Positions 1 through 11,770 of a DNA stretch of 64,000 bases are shown here, in pieces (the first letter of the stretch is position 1; each line of letters opens with the position of its first letter). The notes beneath the pieces were generated by a model. It ran no database searches, was not told the DNA's origin, and saw only the letters and a program-made list of their open reading frames with translations. Both the position numbers and the translations under genes were made by a program. The stretch comes from Setoptus koraiensis. Its lineage: Eukaryota; Animalia; Arthropoda. The stretch covers positions 15,004,001 through 15,068,000 of the forward strand of contig CM106586.1 in assembly GCA_048013815.1 (NCBI GenBank), given 5' to 3'.

Positions 1-612
1 CAACAATCAGTATCAAAAGAACACTAAATATACTCATGTATGTAAATATATCCAGACAGATATACAGATATGTAGCTGACAAGTTTCCGTCGTTGGAACT
101 TCCAGAAGATATAGCTCGAGAGAAAGAATCTAACAAATAGAATTGTGTTTGTGTACATTTCACATAAAGTGCTCACAAGCACACTATCGAACAAAAGCAC
201 ACGAGATGCTCACGAGCGGCAGTTGTGCGCATTGCGCAATCCGATGGCCAGATGATGTATAAATTCAGGCTCCACCACAACGTTTTATTGTACTGTAACA
301 GTGCACAGTGTTGTGTAGCGCATTGAGTAGCAGTTACCGCTGTGAGACATTGTGCCAACATTGGCAACAACATCACTGTTACATTCGCCACCATTGAGAC
401 TTGTGAATTGTGGGCACATTACCAACATTACTGGCGAGTGTTTGTGTGTCTGTGCTGATATTGTGTGCACGTTTTTGTGTACACATTTGAAATGGCTGCC
501 ATTCAAAACTGGTAACTTGAGTCTGAAAATCAATACAACCAACCAACAATTGAGTTTACGTAATAATATTATTATGTTGTCGTCTAGTATTATCTGGTTT
601 ATACCATCATAG

Positions 613-624
613 TATATACATATA

Positions 625-659
<35 letters not shown>
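613..659. repeat. (TA)n microsatellite
   Basis: Nearly pure TA run seen directly. Confidence 0.95.
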
Positions 660-662
<3 letters not shown>

Positions 663-1782
663 CACTCAATATTACATCGCCAGCATTAATGAGAAGAAGA
701 AATTACTAATTGATTAATAATAAATCACATTGTACCAATGCCAACTGCACATCGCTTGTTGGCCGAAAACAGACACATATTATTGAACATTTATTATTGA
801 ATTTCGCTATCATTGTTTGGATTATTCAGATTAACAATACAAAACAGAGTCACACAATTGAAGGAGATCACACATTCATTTCACCTCATGTATCACCACA
901 ATGTGTGAGATACTCAGATCAGTCTTTACAACATTATTGATAGCTTGAATAAATATATAATTTTAGTATAGGTATCATAATCATTATTAATATTATTATC
1001 GTATATTATCATTTAAATAACATCACTCGAGCAACACAGACGCAGCGAAGAATCTAGATCGAGAAAGTATTGACGCCAATGCAAACACAAAACAAACATA
1101 AGACATCAACGCCATCATGGAAATTAGCATGTTAGGCCAGCATTCAGCCAAAGCAAACTATCTTGATCTTATATGGATTGAAGATTTACATAGACACCAC
1201 AACATAGACAACACCGACAACTACTACAACAACAACCACAACAGCAGCAGCAACAATAACAACAGAGATAACAATTGAAACACAATTTAGTCACATTAGA
1301 CCAAGCGACTCACACATAGATGAAGATAGCAGAGAGTCCAAAAGGTTAAGGGACTTTCATTAGAGGATATTACATATTCAGTTTATATTTCAACCTATTG
1401 CAATCTGAACAAACGATCAGAGATTAGTCAACACTACTATCAACTTTATTAGAATTCTTCATAACCCTTTAAACCACGCCCAAATCTAATATCTTCTTTA
1501 CATTATTATATTCACATATTGATCATTGTTAGAAAAATATGACCATCAGATAACATATTCAGTTATATATGATTAATTCACCATAAAACTCGTACAAGTT
1601 CATCATTGACTCTACTATTATCATAAATGATTTGTCTTCCAGCAGAGCATCTTGAATTAACAATCAGTCGATAAAACCAGCATTGTCACAGAACCCCCGA
1701 GTGAACAATTATTATTTAGAAGAAAACCTCAAGGATAGTAATAACGCTAGAAACTTGCGTTGGAGCCGCACAACAAGACAAT

Positions 1783-2151
1783 ATGACCGTCTCCACCAGG
1801 GTCTGTAATGATTTTGAAGAAATGGAAAATTGCAACTACTCAAATGGAGAGAATGATCATGAACCCTCCTGTGACAATGGTAACCACACCAGTACCACCA
1901 CCACCACCACCAACGGTAATAGCCATACATCCTCAACAAATCGTGCCAATGATCATCCAGCCCTACTGCAGCTATTAGCTAAATTACAAGAAATGGTCCC
2001 TAACATGCCTAGGGAGAGGAACTTGTCTCAATTAGAGATCATCAACAATGTGATCGAATACATTCAAGCATTGAGCGATTTAGTTGTAGATAGAAGTCAG
2101 CACACTAGCCAGAAGCACCACGTAACAGATTCAGCTCATTATAAAAAATAA
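1783..2151 (+). CDS. emc: Id/extramacrochaetae-type HLH protein (no basic region)
   Basis: LAKLQEMVPNMPRERNLSQLEIINNVIEYIQALSDLV matches the Id/emc HLH pattern (SKLKxLVPxxPxxxKxSKxEIxQHVIDYIxDL); no basic DNA-binding stretch precedes it; single exon. Confidence 0.8.
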   Translation: MTVSTRVCNDFEEMENCNYSNGENDHEPSCDNGNHTSTTTTTTNGNSHTSSTNRANDHPALLQLLAKLQEMVPNMPRERNLSQLEIINNVIEYIQALSDLVVDRSQHTSQKHHVTDSAHYKK

Positions 2152-3184
2152 TCTTAATTTTCACCAAATTCGATATATAGATATCGGATATATATTATGT
2201 GAAGAATGCCAGAGTCTATAAGATTTTTTTGGTACTTGTCGAAGACTAATATGGAATTTGATTCACAAGATGTGCACAAAGTACTGCAATAAATATATCT
2301 GCACATCAAAGTGGCCGATTGCCTAATTATTTTTTTCCAGTCATAACAGTCATCCACAAGAAAATTTCGTCTTCGATCTTTGTTAGTGAGACTCGTATGA
2401 TGAAATTAGGAGACATCTATAAGAAAATGGTTGTGCTCATAGTTTCAACTATAACCATCTACTCATGTATGATTTCTCAGTTATCTAGTCATATATCACA
2501 CATCTACAATTGGAAGTCTCTTTATAGACATCTTTTTATTACTCCACAACTTTGATTGATAAGATTGGTGGCTACATGAAAGACCAGATAGTAAGCAATT
2601 GAAAAAACTATCCTTGTCTCTAACGATTCAATCAAAGTCTTGTTCTTTCCTCTATGAATATTAGCAAAGCATAGTACTCTCAATTTATGTACTGAGTCTT
2701 GTTGAATTCATTATTGCTTAAGTTATGGTAACCTCACGATGCTGAGTAAAAGCTGAAATGATGATCATGCTGTTATGATTATCTTGGCAAACTAAGAGAA
2801 GAAGAAAAGAAACATCCTACAACTTTCTATCATTGACACTATTGAATTAATTAGACGTCTTTTGAACTAGTCAACATGAAGTTCCTACTAGTTAGTGATA
2901 TTTGGCGCATAATCTTAAGATCTCTATAAGTAGATAGTCATCACCAGAGTTTAACGTACAATAAATGAGAACGTAGTAAATCTAATGTGAAAATCTAGAT
3001 CTACGAAGAAATAAGAAAGCTAGATTTAGCTTGTAGCGTTCAATTGAGTTCTGTTTCTCGAACTGTTTAGACACAAAATAATCGACTATATTCATTACCT
3101 CGTTTCACCTTTTACCTAACAGGTCAAAAAGTGAAAAAATAGAAATCACTCATTAGCTCCTTTACGCTACAGCAGCAAAACAAG

Positions 3185-3900
3185 ATGCTTAAATACAACA
3201 AATTCACGAAGTACATTGGCATATTAGCTGTTGTCTTGGTGATTGGATTCAGCCAAGACGTATCCGGTCTAAACTATACAACCTGTGGTAAGTATAGTAT
3301 AAAGTCCCGATGTCGAAATATTTGATTCACAAATATCCTAATAATCTATCACAACATTTAATTCTTATACACCACCCATTAAGAAAAAGAAAAGCCATCA
3401 GGGGAAGTGATTGACATAAAAATAAACAGTTGCGAATCAACAACTGATAGGTGTGTGTTCATACGTGATAGTAATAAGACCATAGATCTCGATTTCAAGC
3501 CAAGTAAGTTCGGTTTTTTAGAAGAAAAATAGATGATGCACAGTCATCTGATATCGCATAAAATTGATATATAGGAAATTATCACTAAATAAGTTTCTAC
3601 ACTCTCAAATTCTACACTACAATAGAAAAGGATATCAATGAAGTCAAAGTCAAGGTATTCGGTAAATTGAAAACTTTACCTGTTCCGTTCAATATAAACC
3701 CAGATAAAGCATGTGGCAACTATGGTTTTGACTGTCCACTCAAGGAAGGAGAAAGTTACAAATTCCACATGACAATGCCGATATTGCGTACATACCCAAA
3801 GATAAACGTAGACGTTGTCATGAAGTTGGTTGACGAAAACAATTCACCGATTGTATGCGTTGAGATTCCAGCCATGATTCGTGAACCTCAAAAAGAGTAG
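3185..3900 (+). CDS. NPC2: NPC2/ML-domain lipid-binding secreted protein, 3 exons (3185-3287, 3384-3503, 3626-3900)
   Basis: Signal-like N-terminus MLKYNKFTKYIGILAVVLVIGFSQDVSG; GT-AG introns keep the frame; ML cysteine pattern incl. DKACGNYGFDCPLKEGESYKF and IVCVEIPA. Confidence 0.88.
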
Positions 3901-3996
3901 AGTTATAAGAACGTATACTTACTGAGTCAATAAATCAATAAAAGTGATGAGATTGAAACTGAAAAGTGTTTATTAGATATCATTCGACTGTAAGTG

Positions 3997-4097
3997 TTGG
4001 CAAGCATCTTTCTCTTTGTTCATTCATATTGGCAAGCATCTTTCTCTTTGTTCATTCATATTGGCAGACATCTTTCTCTTTGTTCATTCATATTGGC
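3997..4097. repeat. 32-bp tandem repeat, about 3.2 copies (ttggcaagcatctttctctttgttcattcata)
   Basis: Three head-to-tail copies, the third with a small change; lies between convergent stop codons. Confidence 0.95.
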
Positions 4098-4141
4098 TAG
4101 CAACCACATGATTGGTGTTGAAGCATTGTTCAATATCTGGT

Positions 4142-4975
4142 TCAATTTTTGCATTCGACCATATTGTTAGCCAGAGAGACTTTAAATGGGTCATTGTTGA
4201 TTTGTGTTAGATCGAGTAGCCAGTTGGGCAAGACTGCCTTCCAAAATGGTGAGTTATAAGCTACCATTGGGATATCGACTTGCCAGATATCCCCGACTTT
4301 GTCCTTCGGCTTGATTATCAAATATCTGTTGGTTAGAAATTCGAAGACTTTGTTCACTTGCTCCTCATTGGCTTCTTTGAGACAGTTACAAGAGCAAAAT
4401 ACACCAAATGGGTCACGATTCATTTCTTCAATGATTCCAACATCCTCGACAATATCATCGAAAGTGAGCTGGCAAGCATTACCCCAATCGATGAAACTAA
4501 CTATGGCCTCTTTATTGGTGTTACTTTTGTCCACGACAATGGCTCTGTACCACTTGCCATCGCTGAAACGAGCGCCCACCAAGTGGCCTTTGTTTGTCTT
4601 TTTAGCAGGTCCGTTTGATTTGTACAATTGACCGAGTTTTGCATCTATGACCTCACCAAACTGACGCAATTCCTCGTTAGTATACTTGGCCAATTGTCCG
4701 AAAAATGTTTTATCCACTATATTTATCTCAGTGACATAAACAATTTCTGATTTTTTTAGTTCAACTTTTTCCATCAATTTGATACGTTTCTTTTTGTCTG
4801 AATGGCTTCTCTTTTTATCCGAATGGCTGCTCTTTTTATCTTTAGACGATGATTTTTTTGCAGATGATTCAGGGGAACTAACCGAAGGTTGAGGCGACTG
4901 CTCACATATCTGCATGGCCCCATCGTCACTTTGAAATGATGAGTTGGTGACGGATAAATAGGTTGTGTCGTCCAT
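4142..4975 (-). CDS. Extended Tudor-domain protein with Lys/Ser-rich N-terminus
   Basis: VGARFSDGKWYRAIVV...VSFIDWGN Tudor core with aromatic cage residues; flanking IVYVTEI...FFGQL and PFGVFCSC resemble the SN-like flanks; 277-aa single-exon ORF. Confidence 0.82.
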   Translation of the reverse strand: MDDTTYLSVTNSSFQSDDGAMQICEQSPQPSVSSPESSAKKSSSKDKKSSHSDKKRSHSDKKKRIKLMEKVELKKSEIVYVTEINIVDKTFFGQLAKYTNEELRQFGEVIDAKLGQLYKSNGPAKKTNKGHLVGARFSDGKWYRAIVVDKSNTNKEAIVSFIDWGNACQLTFDDIVEDVGIIEEMNRDPFGVFCSCNCLKEANEEQVNKVFEFLTNRYLIIKPKDKVGDIWQVDIPMVAYNSPFWKAVLPNWLLDLTQINNDPFKVSLANNMVECKN

Positions 4976-5648
4976 TTTGTCGTTGCTAGTGTATCTTTTT
5001 GTTGATTTGGTGATAGTCAGAAATTAGAATTTAGGATTGTGGATTTAATTCGAAAGCAGGATTCAGTCATATGATTGTCGGTCGGAAGTAGATGAAACTG
5101 GTGATATTGTGAGAAAATGAATCACTTGCGCCGTTGATCGTTCACTTCAGGCCATGCTCACTTGTGGGATACACAAAGAATGATGTCACAGAAGCCAGCT
5201 AATGCATGGCGTCGAGGGCGTGTATCATCCATGTTGCTTATGACTAAATCAACACGTGTTACGTGATCCTTCCTCAAGTGGCCAACTAGACATGGCAAAA
5301 AGCGCCAATTCTGAAGCACTCGAACTTTGCCAGGGGGCGCCACCACCACGAGAGTGCCCTCTATGGCATAGAGTCTACGCTGTTCTTGTGTTTTGTTATT
5401 GATCATCATACACATCATTCGCAAGAGATATTGTCAGATATTTTCCATGGTATATCTCACCAAATATACCTCAACTGCACCGCTCTAAGATTTACTCTTT
5501 CAAGCATTCTGTCTAGATTGTGTCTGCTACAACAAAATGGAGATATTGTTTCAGGAAATGGACACGAATCAATAGACACGATCAAAATAGTTTCGGTACA
5601 ACAGCTGACAGGTGCACAATTGGGCATTACAGATACAGTGGACAGAGA

Positions 5649-6122
5649 ATGGCGAATCCCAAATCAAAGGACATCACCTATGACAATATAAAATGCAAAA
5701 TTGAGAAATTAATGTCCAATCCAGACAAGATTATTGATTTTCCCGACACTAGTATGAGCGTGAAGAAGAAACATGAGCCACCTGACTTTGTACGAAACGT
5801 TATGGGATCATCGGCCGGGGCAGGCTCCGGTGAATTTCATGTATATAGACATTTGAGACGAAAAGAGATGGCCAGACTGAAGGATTTGGAAGAGGAGGCA
5901 AAAGTGGATGAGTTGGACGCGAAATTTCAGGAGAAACTGGAGGCAAACAAGCGATTCGCCGAAGAGAGAACAGCCAAAAGACGAAAGAAACGAGAAAAAG
6001 CAAAGCAACGTTTAAAGATGCAAAAGTTGTCCCGGACCCAAGCTAAGCAAGACTCATCTAATGTCGATTCAAAATCTAATTCCGACAGTGAACAAGACGC
6101 GCAGATCGTACCATCCAGTTGA
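5649..6122 (+). CDS. PRKRIP1: PRKR-interacting protein 1 homolog
   Basis: [30 protein letters not shown] signature followed by a basic coiled coil; true ATG placed at 5649. Confidence 0.93.
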   Translation: MANPKSKDITYDNIKCKIEKLMSNPDKIIDFPDTSMSVKKKHEPPDFVRNVMGSSAGAGSGEFHVYRHLRRKEMARLKDLEEEAKVDELDAKFQEKLEANKRFAEERTAKRRKKREKAKQRLKMQKLSRTQAKQDSSNVDSKSNSDSEQDAQIVPSS

Positions 6123-6330
6123 AAGAAACTTTTGTTAGAAAATACCTGAATACTTCTGCAGCTAATTTATCTGTAACAACCCAAAAGATAGTTTTTTCCA
6201 CATTGGGTTTTTAGCAAACTTATGTATTTATATTGTTCAATATACGTGTAAAAAAGATAAATGTTTCCGATCGATGATTGAAATATTAGCCGATGTCATA
6301 TTGGCTAAACGAAGCTTAGGTAATGTTGGC

Positions 6331-6343
6331 AAAAAGTCAAAAA
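6331..6343 (-). terminator. Pol III terminator (two T5 tracts) after tRNA-Arg
   Basis: TTTTT-GAC-TTTTT on the minus strand directly 3' of the tRNA. Confidence 0.75.
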
Positions 6344-6344
6344 G

Positions 6345-6417
6345 TACTCTCGGCGGGACTCGAACCCGCAATCTCCGGTTTAGGAGACCGGCGTCTTCTC
6401 CATTAGACTACGAGAGC
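6345..6417 (-). tRNA. tRNA-Arg (anticodon CCT)
   Basis: Reverse complement GCTCTCGTAGTCTAATGGAGAAGACGCCGGTCTCCTAAACCGGAGATTGCGGGTTCGAGTCCCGCCGAGAGTA folds as a cloverleaf: anticodon stem CCGGT/ACCGG, loop CT-CCT-AA, GGTTCGA T-loop; 73 nt. Confidence 0.95.
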
Positions 6418-6585
6418 TAACATGTCTTTGTGCCGCTGTGGCTTGTATCAATTTCTGTGCGCCTTCTATGGTTAAGCACGTACTCACGACGGATATTAGG
6501 TATGCTCGGAATTCTTTTGGAAGACAAATGATTGAAATTTGTTCGGCACGTGTTACAGGTTAGGTGCTTATCTATGTCCGTTTAT

Positions 6586-7437
6586 TCAGATAATATTCAA
6601 ATGTTTTTCAAAAGCAGTTGCCACTTTGACACAAATGTGCGTCGGAGTGAGCGGATACTGACTAATACAACAGACTTTGATATCCTTGTCCGATTTAGAT
6701 TTAGTTTCTTTGATCAAGACTACCTTGTCAGATTTGGAGGAATCAATTGAATTAATATTCAAATTTATGGGAGTTGAATCGATAAAAATGACAACAGGAA
6801 GATGTCTTTCCACAGGGATGTTGTCTGGGTCAATTGTGGTAGCCAGGTCATCGTTATCTGACGATTTGAGCTTACTTGAACCTTTAACAATTTCGGACAA
6901 CTCGCCCATGGGTGTTTCTTCGTCATAATTGATTACCCTAAACTTGACACTATCAGGGTGGAGTTGCTTGTCAATCGGACCTTCTAGTATCCTCATCAAA
7001 TTTATGGGACCGTCTTTTGTTGTCACTTGCGGTAGTGTGCCGGCAACAAGAAAGCTCGCCATCAAATGAGAGAACCGCTTATATGTTCTGGGCATTCTAG
7101 TTTCTCTGTGTATTTGAATCACTTGGCCGTCATGAGTTCTTACGTAGACTTGCAAGAGTTCGGCGTGATTTAATGGGGAATCAAACAACATCAATAGGCA
7201 CTGATGCACCAGGTCAGGTCTGAAATTGTGTTTAATAGTTAGATACTCATCGTATTTTCCTTTGAATTTCGATCTTTGCACTGAACTGTTCGGTGCAATA
7301 TGTTCTTCAGTTAGCAGCTCGTATTTGTCCTCTGTTTTCTCGATCCTATGAGCGACAAGATGTGCATCGTCTATGACAGCAATCAGGCGTTTTGAAGTAT
7401 CCCTGGCGTTCTTGCTGAGCTTCTTGGCTTTGATCAT
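6586..7437 (-). CDS. EMG1: EMG1/NEP1 18S rRNA pseudouridine methyltransferase homolog with divergent C-terminal half
   Basis: RPDLVHQCLLMLFDSPLN, QVYVRT, RMPRTYKRFSHLM and ISQYPLTPTHICVKVATAFE match the Nep1 family; the GAFAHG loop is not recognisable. Confidence 0.9.
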   Translation of the reverse strand: MIKAKKLSKNARDTSKRLIAVIDDAHLVAHRIEKTEDKYELLTEEHIAPNSSVQRSKFKGKYDEYLTIKHNFRPDLVHQCLLMLFDSPLNHAELLQVYVRTHDGQVIQIHRETRMPRTYKRFSHLMASFLVAGTLPQVTTKDGPINLMRILEGPIDKQLHPDSVKFRVINYDEETPMGELSEIVKGSSKLKSSDNDDLATTIDPDNIPVERHLPVVIFIDSTPINLNINSIDSSKSDKVVLIKETKSKSDKDIKVCCISQYPLTPTHICVKVATAFEKHLNII

Positions 7438-7881
7438 TCTATTGACTGGTTTGGGTTCCTAGCTTAGAAGACTCCACAACACATGAGTAGAATTTCTATG
7501 GAGATGAACAGATGATAATAACTTTGAAGATAATAACAAATGAACAAATATTTCGACTTTCGTAAGTAAGCCTTACCAAAGATGATAACCACGTGTCATG
7601 CAATTTTCATTACAGAGAATGCATAATGAACGCATGAGTTAGTGCGCCACTCGCATGTCGAGCGCACATGTGATTCTACGTAAAACTAAAATAAATGCAA
7701 AAAAAAAAAAACGAAAACATTAAATGCAAAATATATATTTATTGGCCATATCTCATCTTTATCTGGTCCGTATTTACAAAATACAATCTGATGGAATGGT
7801 CCTCTTTAAAATAGTATTAGTTGTTGGTATTTAAGAATAATATATACAATTGTGGATCAATTATAATAAGAATAAGAGAGG
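7438..7881. promoter_or_regulatory. Bidirectional promoter between EMG1 and MRPL14
   Basis: 444 bp between head-to-head ATGs; contains a 34-bp interrupted palindrome (7642-7675) conserved exactly at 41178-41211. Confidence 0.7.
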
Positions 7882-8265
7882 ATGTTTATTACACAAACGA
7901 GGTCACAAATATTTAAATTGACTAGATTGAGAGTTGTCGACAACAGTGCCATTGGGAAGGAGGCCGCATTAGCATCTAAACCGGTCAAGTGCATTCAGAT
8001 TTATAACAAAAATGAATCGAGACATGGTGGTGTAGGAGACAAAGTGCTAGTCACCATTTTAGGACAGATGAAAAAGGGCTATGTTGTTGGATGTGTGGCA
8101 AAACAGCGCACCTTTGTTCCGAGATATGATACGAACAATGTTGTCTTGGTGGACAACAACGATGTGCCTCTAGGCACAAGGATCACCTATCCGATTCCGA
8201 ATTGTCTTAGGAAAAGAGGGCCCGAAGTGGCCAGGCTCATGGCCGTTTGTACTAAGTTTGTATAA
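7882..8265 (+). CDS. MRPL14: Mitochondrial ribosomal protein uL14m
   Basis: TRLRVVDNSAIG, GVGDKVLVTILGQMKKGYVVG and DTNNVVLVDNNDVPLGTRI are uL14 motifs; single exon, 127 aa. Confidence 0.95.
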   Translation: MFITQTRSQIFKLTRLRVVDNSAIGKEAALASKPVKCIQIYNKNESRHGGVGDKVLVTILGQMKKGYVVGCVAKQRTFVPRYDTNNVVLVDNNDVPLGTRITYPIPNCLRKRGPEVARLMAVCTKFV

Positions 8266-8457
8266 TAGATACTATATTTGTAGTTGGAATCTGACCGAAC
8301 AATCAACTTAGTAGATTCTAGATTGTTCAACAATCTCTGTACCCCCATGGAAATGTACTATCTCTTTAAGATTGTTTATTGTCAATCTTGGGACGTTCAA
8401 ATTGTATCTTTTCTTTATTGATTGAAATGCATTTCAGTAACAGTTGCTTTCTCGTCA

Positions 8458-11400
8458 TTAGTTTGGGCTTGTGCTTCCGATAGGCCTTGGGTTACTAGGA
8501 GCAGAGTCAAAATCCTCGTCCTCCTCATCATCTCCTGAGCCACCATCTAACCTTCTGCTAGTTGGTTGTCTGTTGCCCCTAAACGAGAATGGGTCAAATG
8601 GTTCTTCCGTGCCTTCTCTCCAGTATCTTAAATCTACCCAGGGTATTTGTTCGCAAGAGATCTTGGCATTCCTGCAAGACAGAAATTTCAGCATTTTAAT
8701 TAATATCTTCCAGCGGACTTGTGTTAAATTTCGTGATATGAGGAAATATTTGGTGAGAATACTTACCAATTCGATGGTTTTAAAAAAGCTAAGGGTTGTA
8801 TTCGTTCGATAGCATCGCTATTATCACAAATTATTCTTGCCATGGAGGCTCTCTTGATCTCTGTCAGTTGACCAGGCGTGAAAGCTCCTGCTTGATTGCC
8901 GTTCTCGTACCAATAACGATCGCCAACTTTCAATCTTCTAAACTGTTCGCCTATGATACATGCAAACACAGGACCAACTAGTGCATCTGCATGATAGATG
9001 AAAAAAACATTTCGTCACTAAACCTTCATAATCAGCGGTCGATACATTAAGTAATTAATAGTGATAAAAGTTACTAACCCTTGAGTTTCTTCTCATAGTT
9101 TCCAGCTATGAACAGATCTATATCATCAACATGTGCATACAATTGTGAGAAAGTTTGCGAAGCTCCAGGCAACATGACATTGTCTAGTTGCTGAAATGTC
9201 CTTATCTTTGGAAGACCGCAAGCCTCTCTAAAGAAGTTGTAACCTGGCAAGCCATGATCTCTGCCACGTTGAATGTTTATGGAGACCAAATCCATGCCGA
9301 AGCTTGAATTTGTATCTTGAAATAAATGATTAGTTAACTCTTCAGTGAAATGATTATCTATTGATTGGGATGGCTCATTGATCATAGAGTGTATGCATCC
9401 ATCATAGTTTCCTTCTCTATATAATGAAGCAGGATTGTTGAAAATGTTTCTCAGCTTGAATTGCTGTATTAGCTGGCCATCTTCTGTCTGAAAATTGAAT
9501 GAACTCTGTACTAGAGAATGTAACCTGTAGGCTGCTCCGGCGAACTCATTTATTATCGAGGGATTAGTTTCTGGATCATATGCCAAAGAGTAGCCTTGGT
9601 TCGTTTGACTCAATTCTAATCTAAAATCACGCATCACTGTTGGGCCCAATATTAACGGAAGCCATTCACTATAAGTGATATGTTGTATGGTTGCTATAAC
9701 CTGAGTATGGATGGTAAACATAAAAAATTGGTCAGTTATATGGGGGCCTGAAATGATGGCTGAATGCATCAGTCTAAATGATACTTACAACTCGTCTAGT
9801 CTCTTGGTATATCTTTTCGTCGGGCCACTCTGGATTCAGTGACCACAGTATTCTCGCCACCCTATTATGTTCACGCAATAGCATGGCATGAGTAGTGACC
9901 AATCCAGTCAATTCATTGACCCTGTTGTCTCCGGCCACAAAGCATCTCATACCACGTCGAATACCTGATGTAGGCAATATACAGCCTTCGCCTATGCGAG
10001 CATCGAATGGTAGAAATTCGGCCCCATTTATACGTGAGCTCTTCATCAGGCCTCCTTGGAATTGCCTTAAACCTACTGCTTGTTGTTCATCGTTACCATA
10101 AATCATTGAGGCATCAATAAAATGCGTCAATTGATTCAATTGTTCCCTAGCTCGCAATCTACAGCCAATGGGTGGCGACGGTGCGTTTCTGACGAGATTC
10201 ATACAACCAATGTTGTGACGCGAATAGAATGGATCATTGTCTGGTAATAGAATACTTATACAAGCTGGATGCTTGAATCTTGGATCAGTTAAGAAGCGTC
10301 TATTGCAGCAATCTATGCTGGTGCCCTGAGGTGTTTGCATGGGCGTAGTGGCCGCCAATGTAAGATCATGATCAATGAATTGGCCCCATTGCATTAACAT
10401 TACAGAGGCCTTTAGATCCGTTCTATCCGACCATTTTATAGTGGACAAGCTAACCGTTCTAGGATTTGGCAATGGCACATTTGTTATACCTGTTCGTCTC
10501 ATCTCGTTTACGCCATCCTCGTAATCTGGTGGTAATATTCTTGTGTAAGGTGAATTGGCCCTACCCCAACCAGTATGTCTGAGATTGTTGCAACTACCAT
10601 CGAAGGAGCGATATTTGAATTGTGCAGCACCCCTTGGGCAAACAGGGTCACCCGGACAACGGGACGCAAGATTTGTTTGTGAAAAGTCAATATCCGGCAA
10701 CTGCGACCTCCTTCTAGATGCTACCTGACTAGTAGCATTGTCGTTGTCCTGTTCAGATGATGTAATCACTGTTGTGTCGCCGTCGTTATTAATGTTTGTA
10801 TTTCCACTACCGCTCAACTTGTCCTGTTGTTGTTGTTGTCGTTGTCTTAACGCTATCCTAGTTGCTACAGCCAGGAAATCCTGACCGTCTTTAGCTAGTT
10901 TTGTAACTTGTGGATTGTTTCGTAATCCAATAAAACGTTGATGCAAATCGCTGGGCGAGTTCTTTTCAAGTGTCGCGCCTTCATCGACAAAGTTTTTCTC
11001 TATTTCGCTTGATCTATCTGACTCACTTTGGCCTTGAAACACTTGCGTAATAATGTCTCTCAAAGCGTCCAAAGTTAATTTAGACGACGGACTACTTTGT
11101 TGTAATTCTTGTTTCTGTAAGAATGACTGTATTGGATTGAATTGTTGCTGATTTTGTTGATTTTGAAATTGTTGTTGGTTTTGTCTGTTACGCTTGGGAC
11201 AGCATACCAATGAAAAACCACCCGGACATTGACCACCGCCCATCTCGTATTTAATTGAAGGGCCATGCCTGTGATAACAAGCAGCCAAAGGTCGACAAAC
11301 ACCTTGGACACCCTCGGCTGTTTGACAGTAAATTTTCTCGCGTTTGTTAGGAGATTGCCAAGGTGGCCGATTGCCACCTTGTCCATTGTGATTGTGATGG

Positions 11401-11770
11401 CGTCGATGATTACTGAAATCGGCGTCTCCCTGTGGTGGCGGTGGGGGACCATTGCTAATTTGATCTTGATAATCGTTGGACAAAACTAATGGCTCGTCTG
11501 CAACAATCAACGAATGAATAATCGAGTCAATGAGTTATTTAATGACAATCCAACAAAAATGGCAACATATTGACTAGAACGAACACACAAAGCCTAATAA
11601 AGAAAACTTACCATCTGGTACGCCCCAATGTTTTGGTCTGTTTATAACTGCCTTGGCAAATTTTGCGGCTCCTCCTATAACCGCCTGGCCGGCTTTACAT
11701 AAGAATGAACTGAGGGGATTTGTGGCACATAGTTGCTGTTGAGGAGACTGCTGTTGTAGTTGGTAAGATT
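8458..11770 (-). CDS. Animal heme peroxidase (chorion peroxidase/peroxinectin-like); exons 11770-11612, 11497-9789, 9700-9079, 8986-8767, 8671-8458; first exon not resolved
   Basis: [47 protein letters not shown] motifs; GT-AG junctions with matching phases; Cys-rich clip-like N-terminal motif. Confidence 0.9.

Noticed and set aside
200-216. Two CACGAG N-box-like hexamers upstream of emc
   Set aside because: Short motifs expected by chance; no conservation data.
3997-4097. 32-bp repeats as a CRISPR array
   Set aside because: No spacers, and the context is eukaryotic.
5520-5648. N-terminal extension of PRKRIP1 in the ORF track
   Set aside because: It starts at TTG; the family-like sequence begins at ATG 5649.
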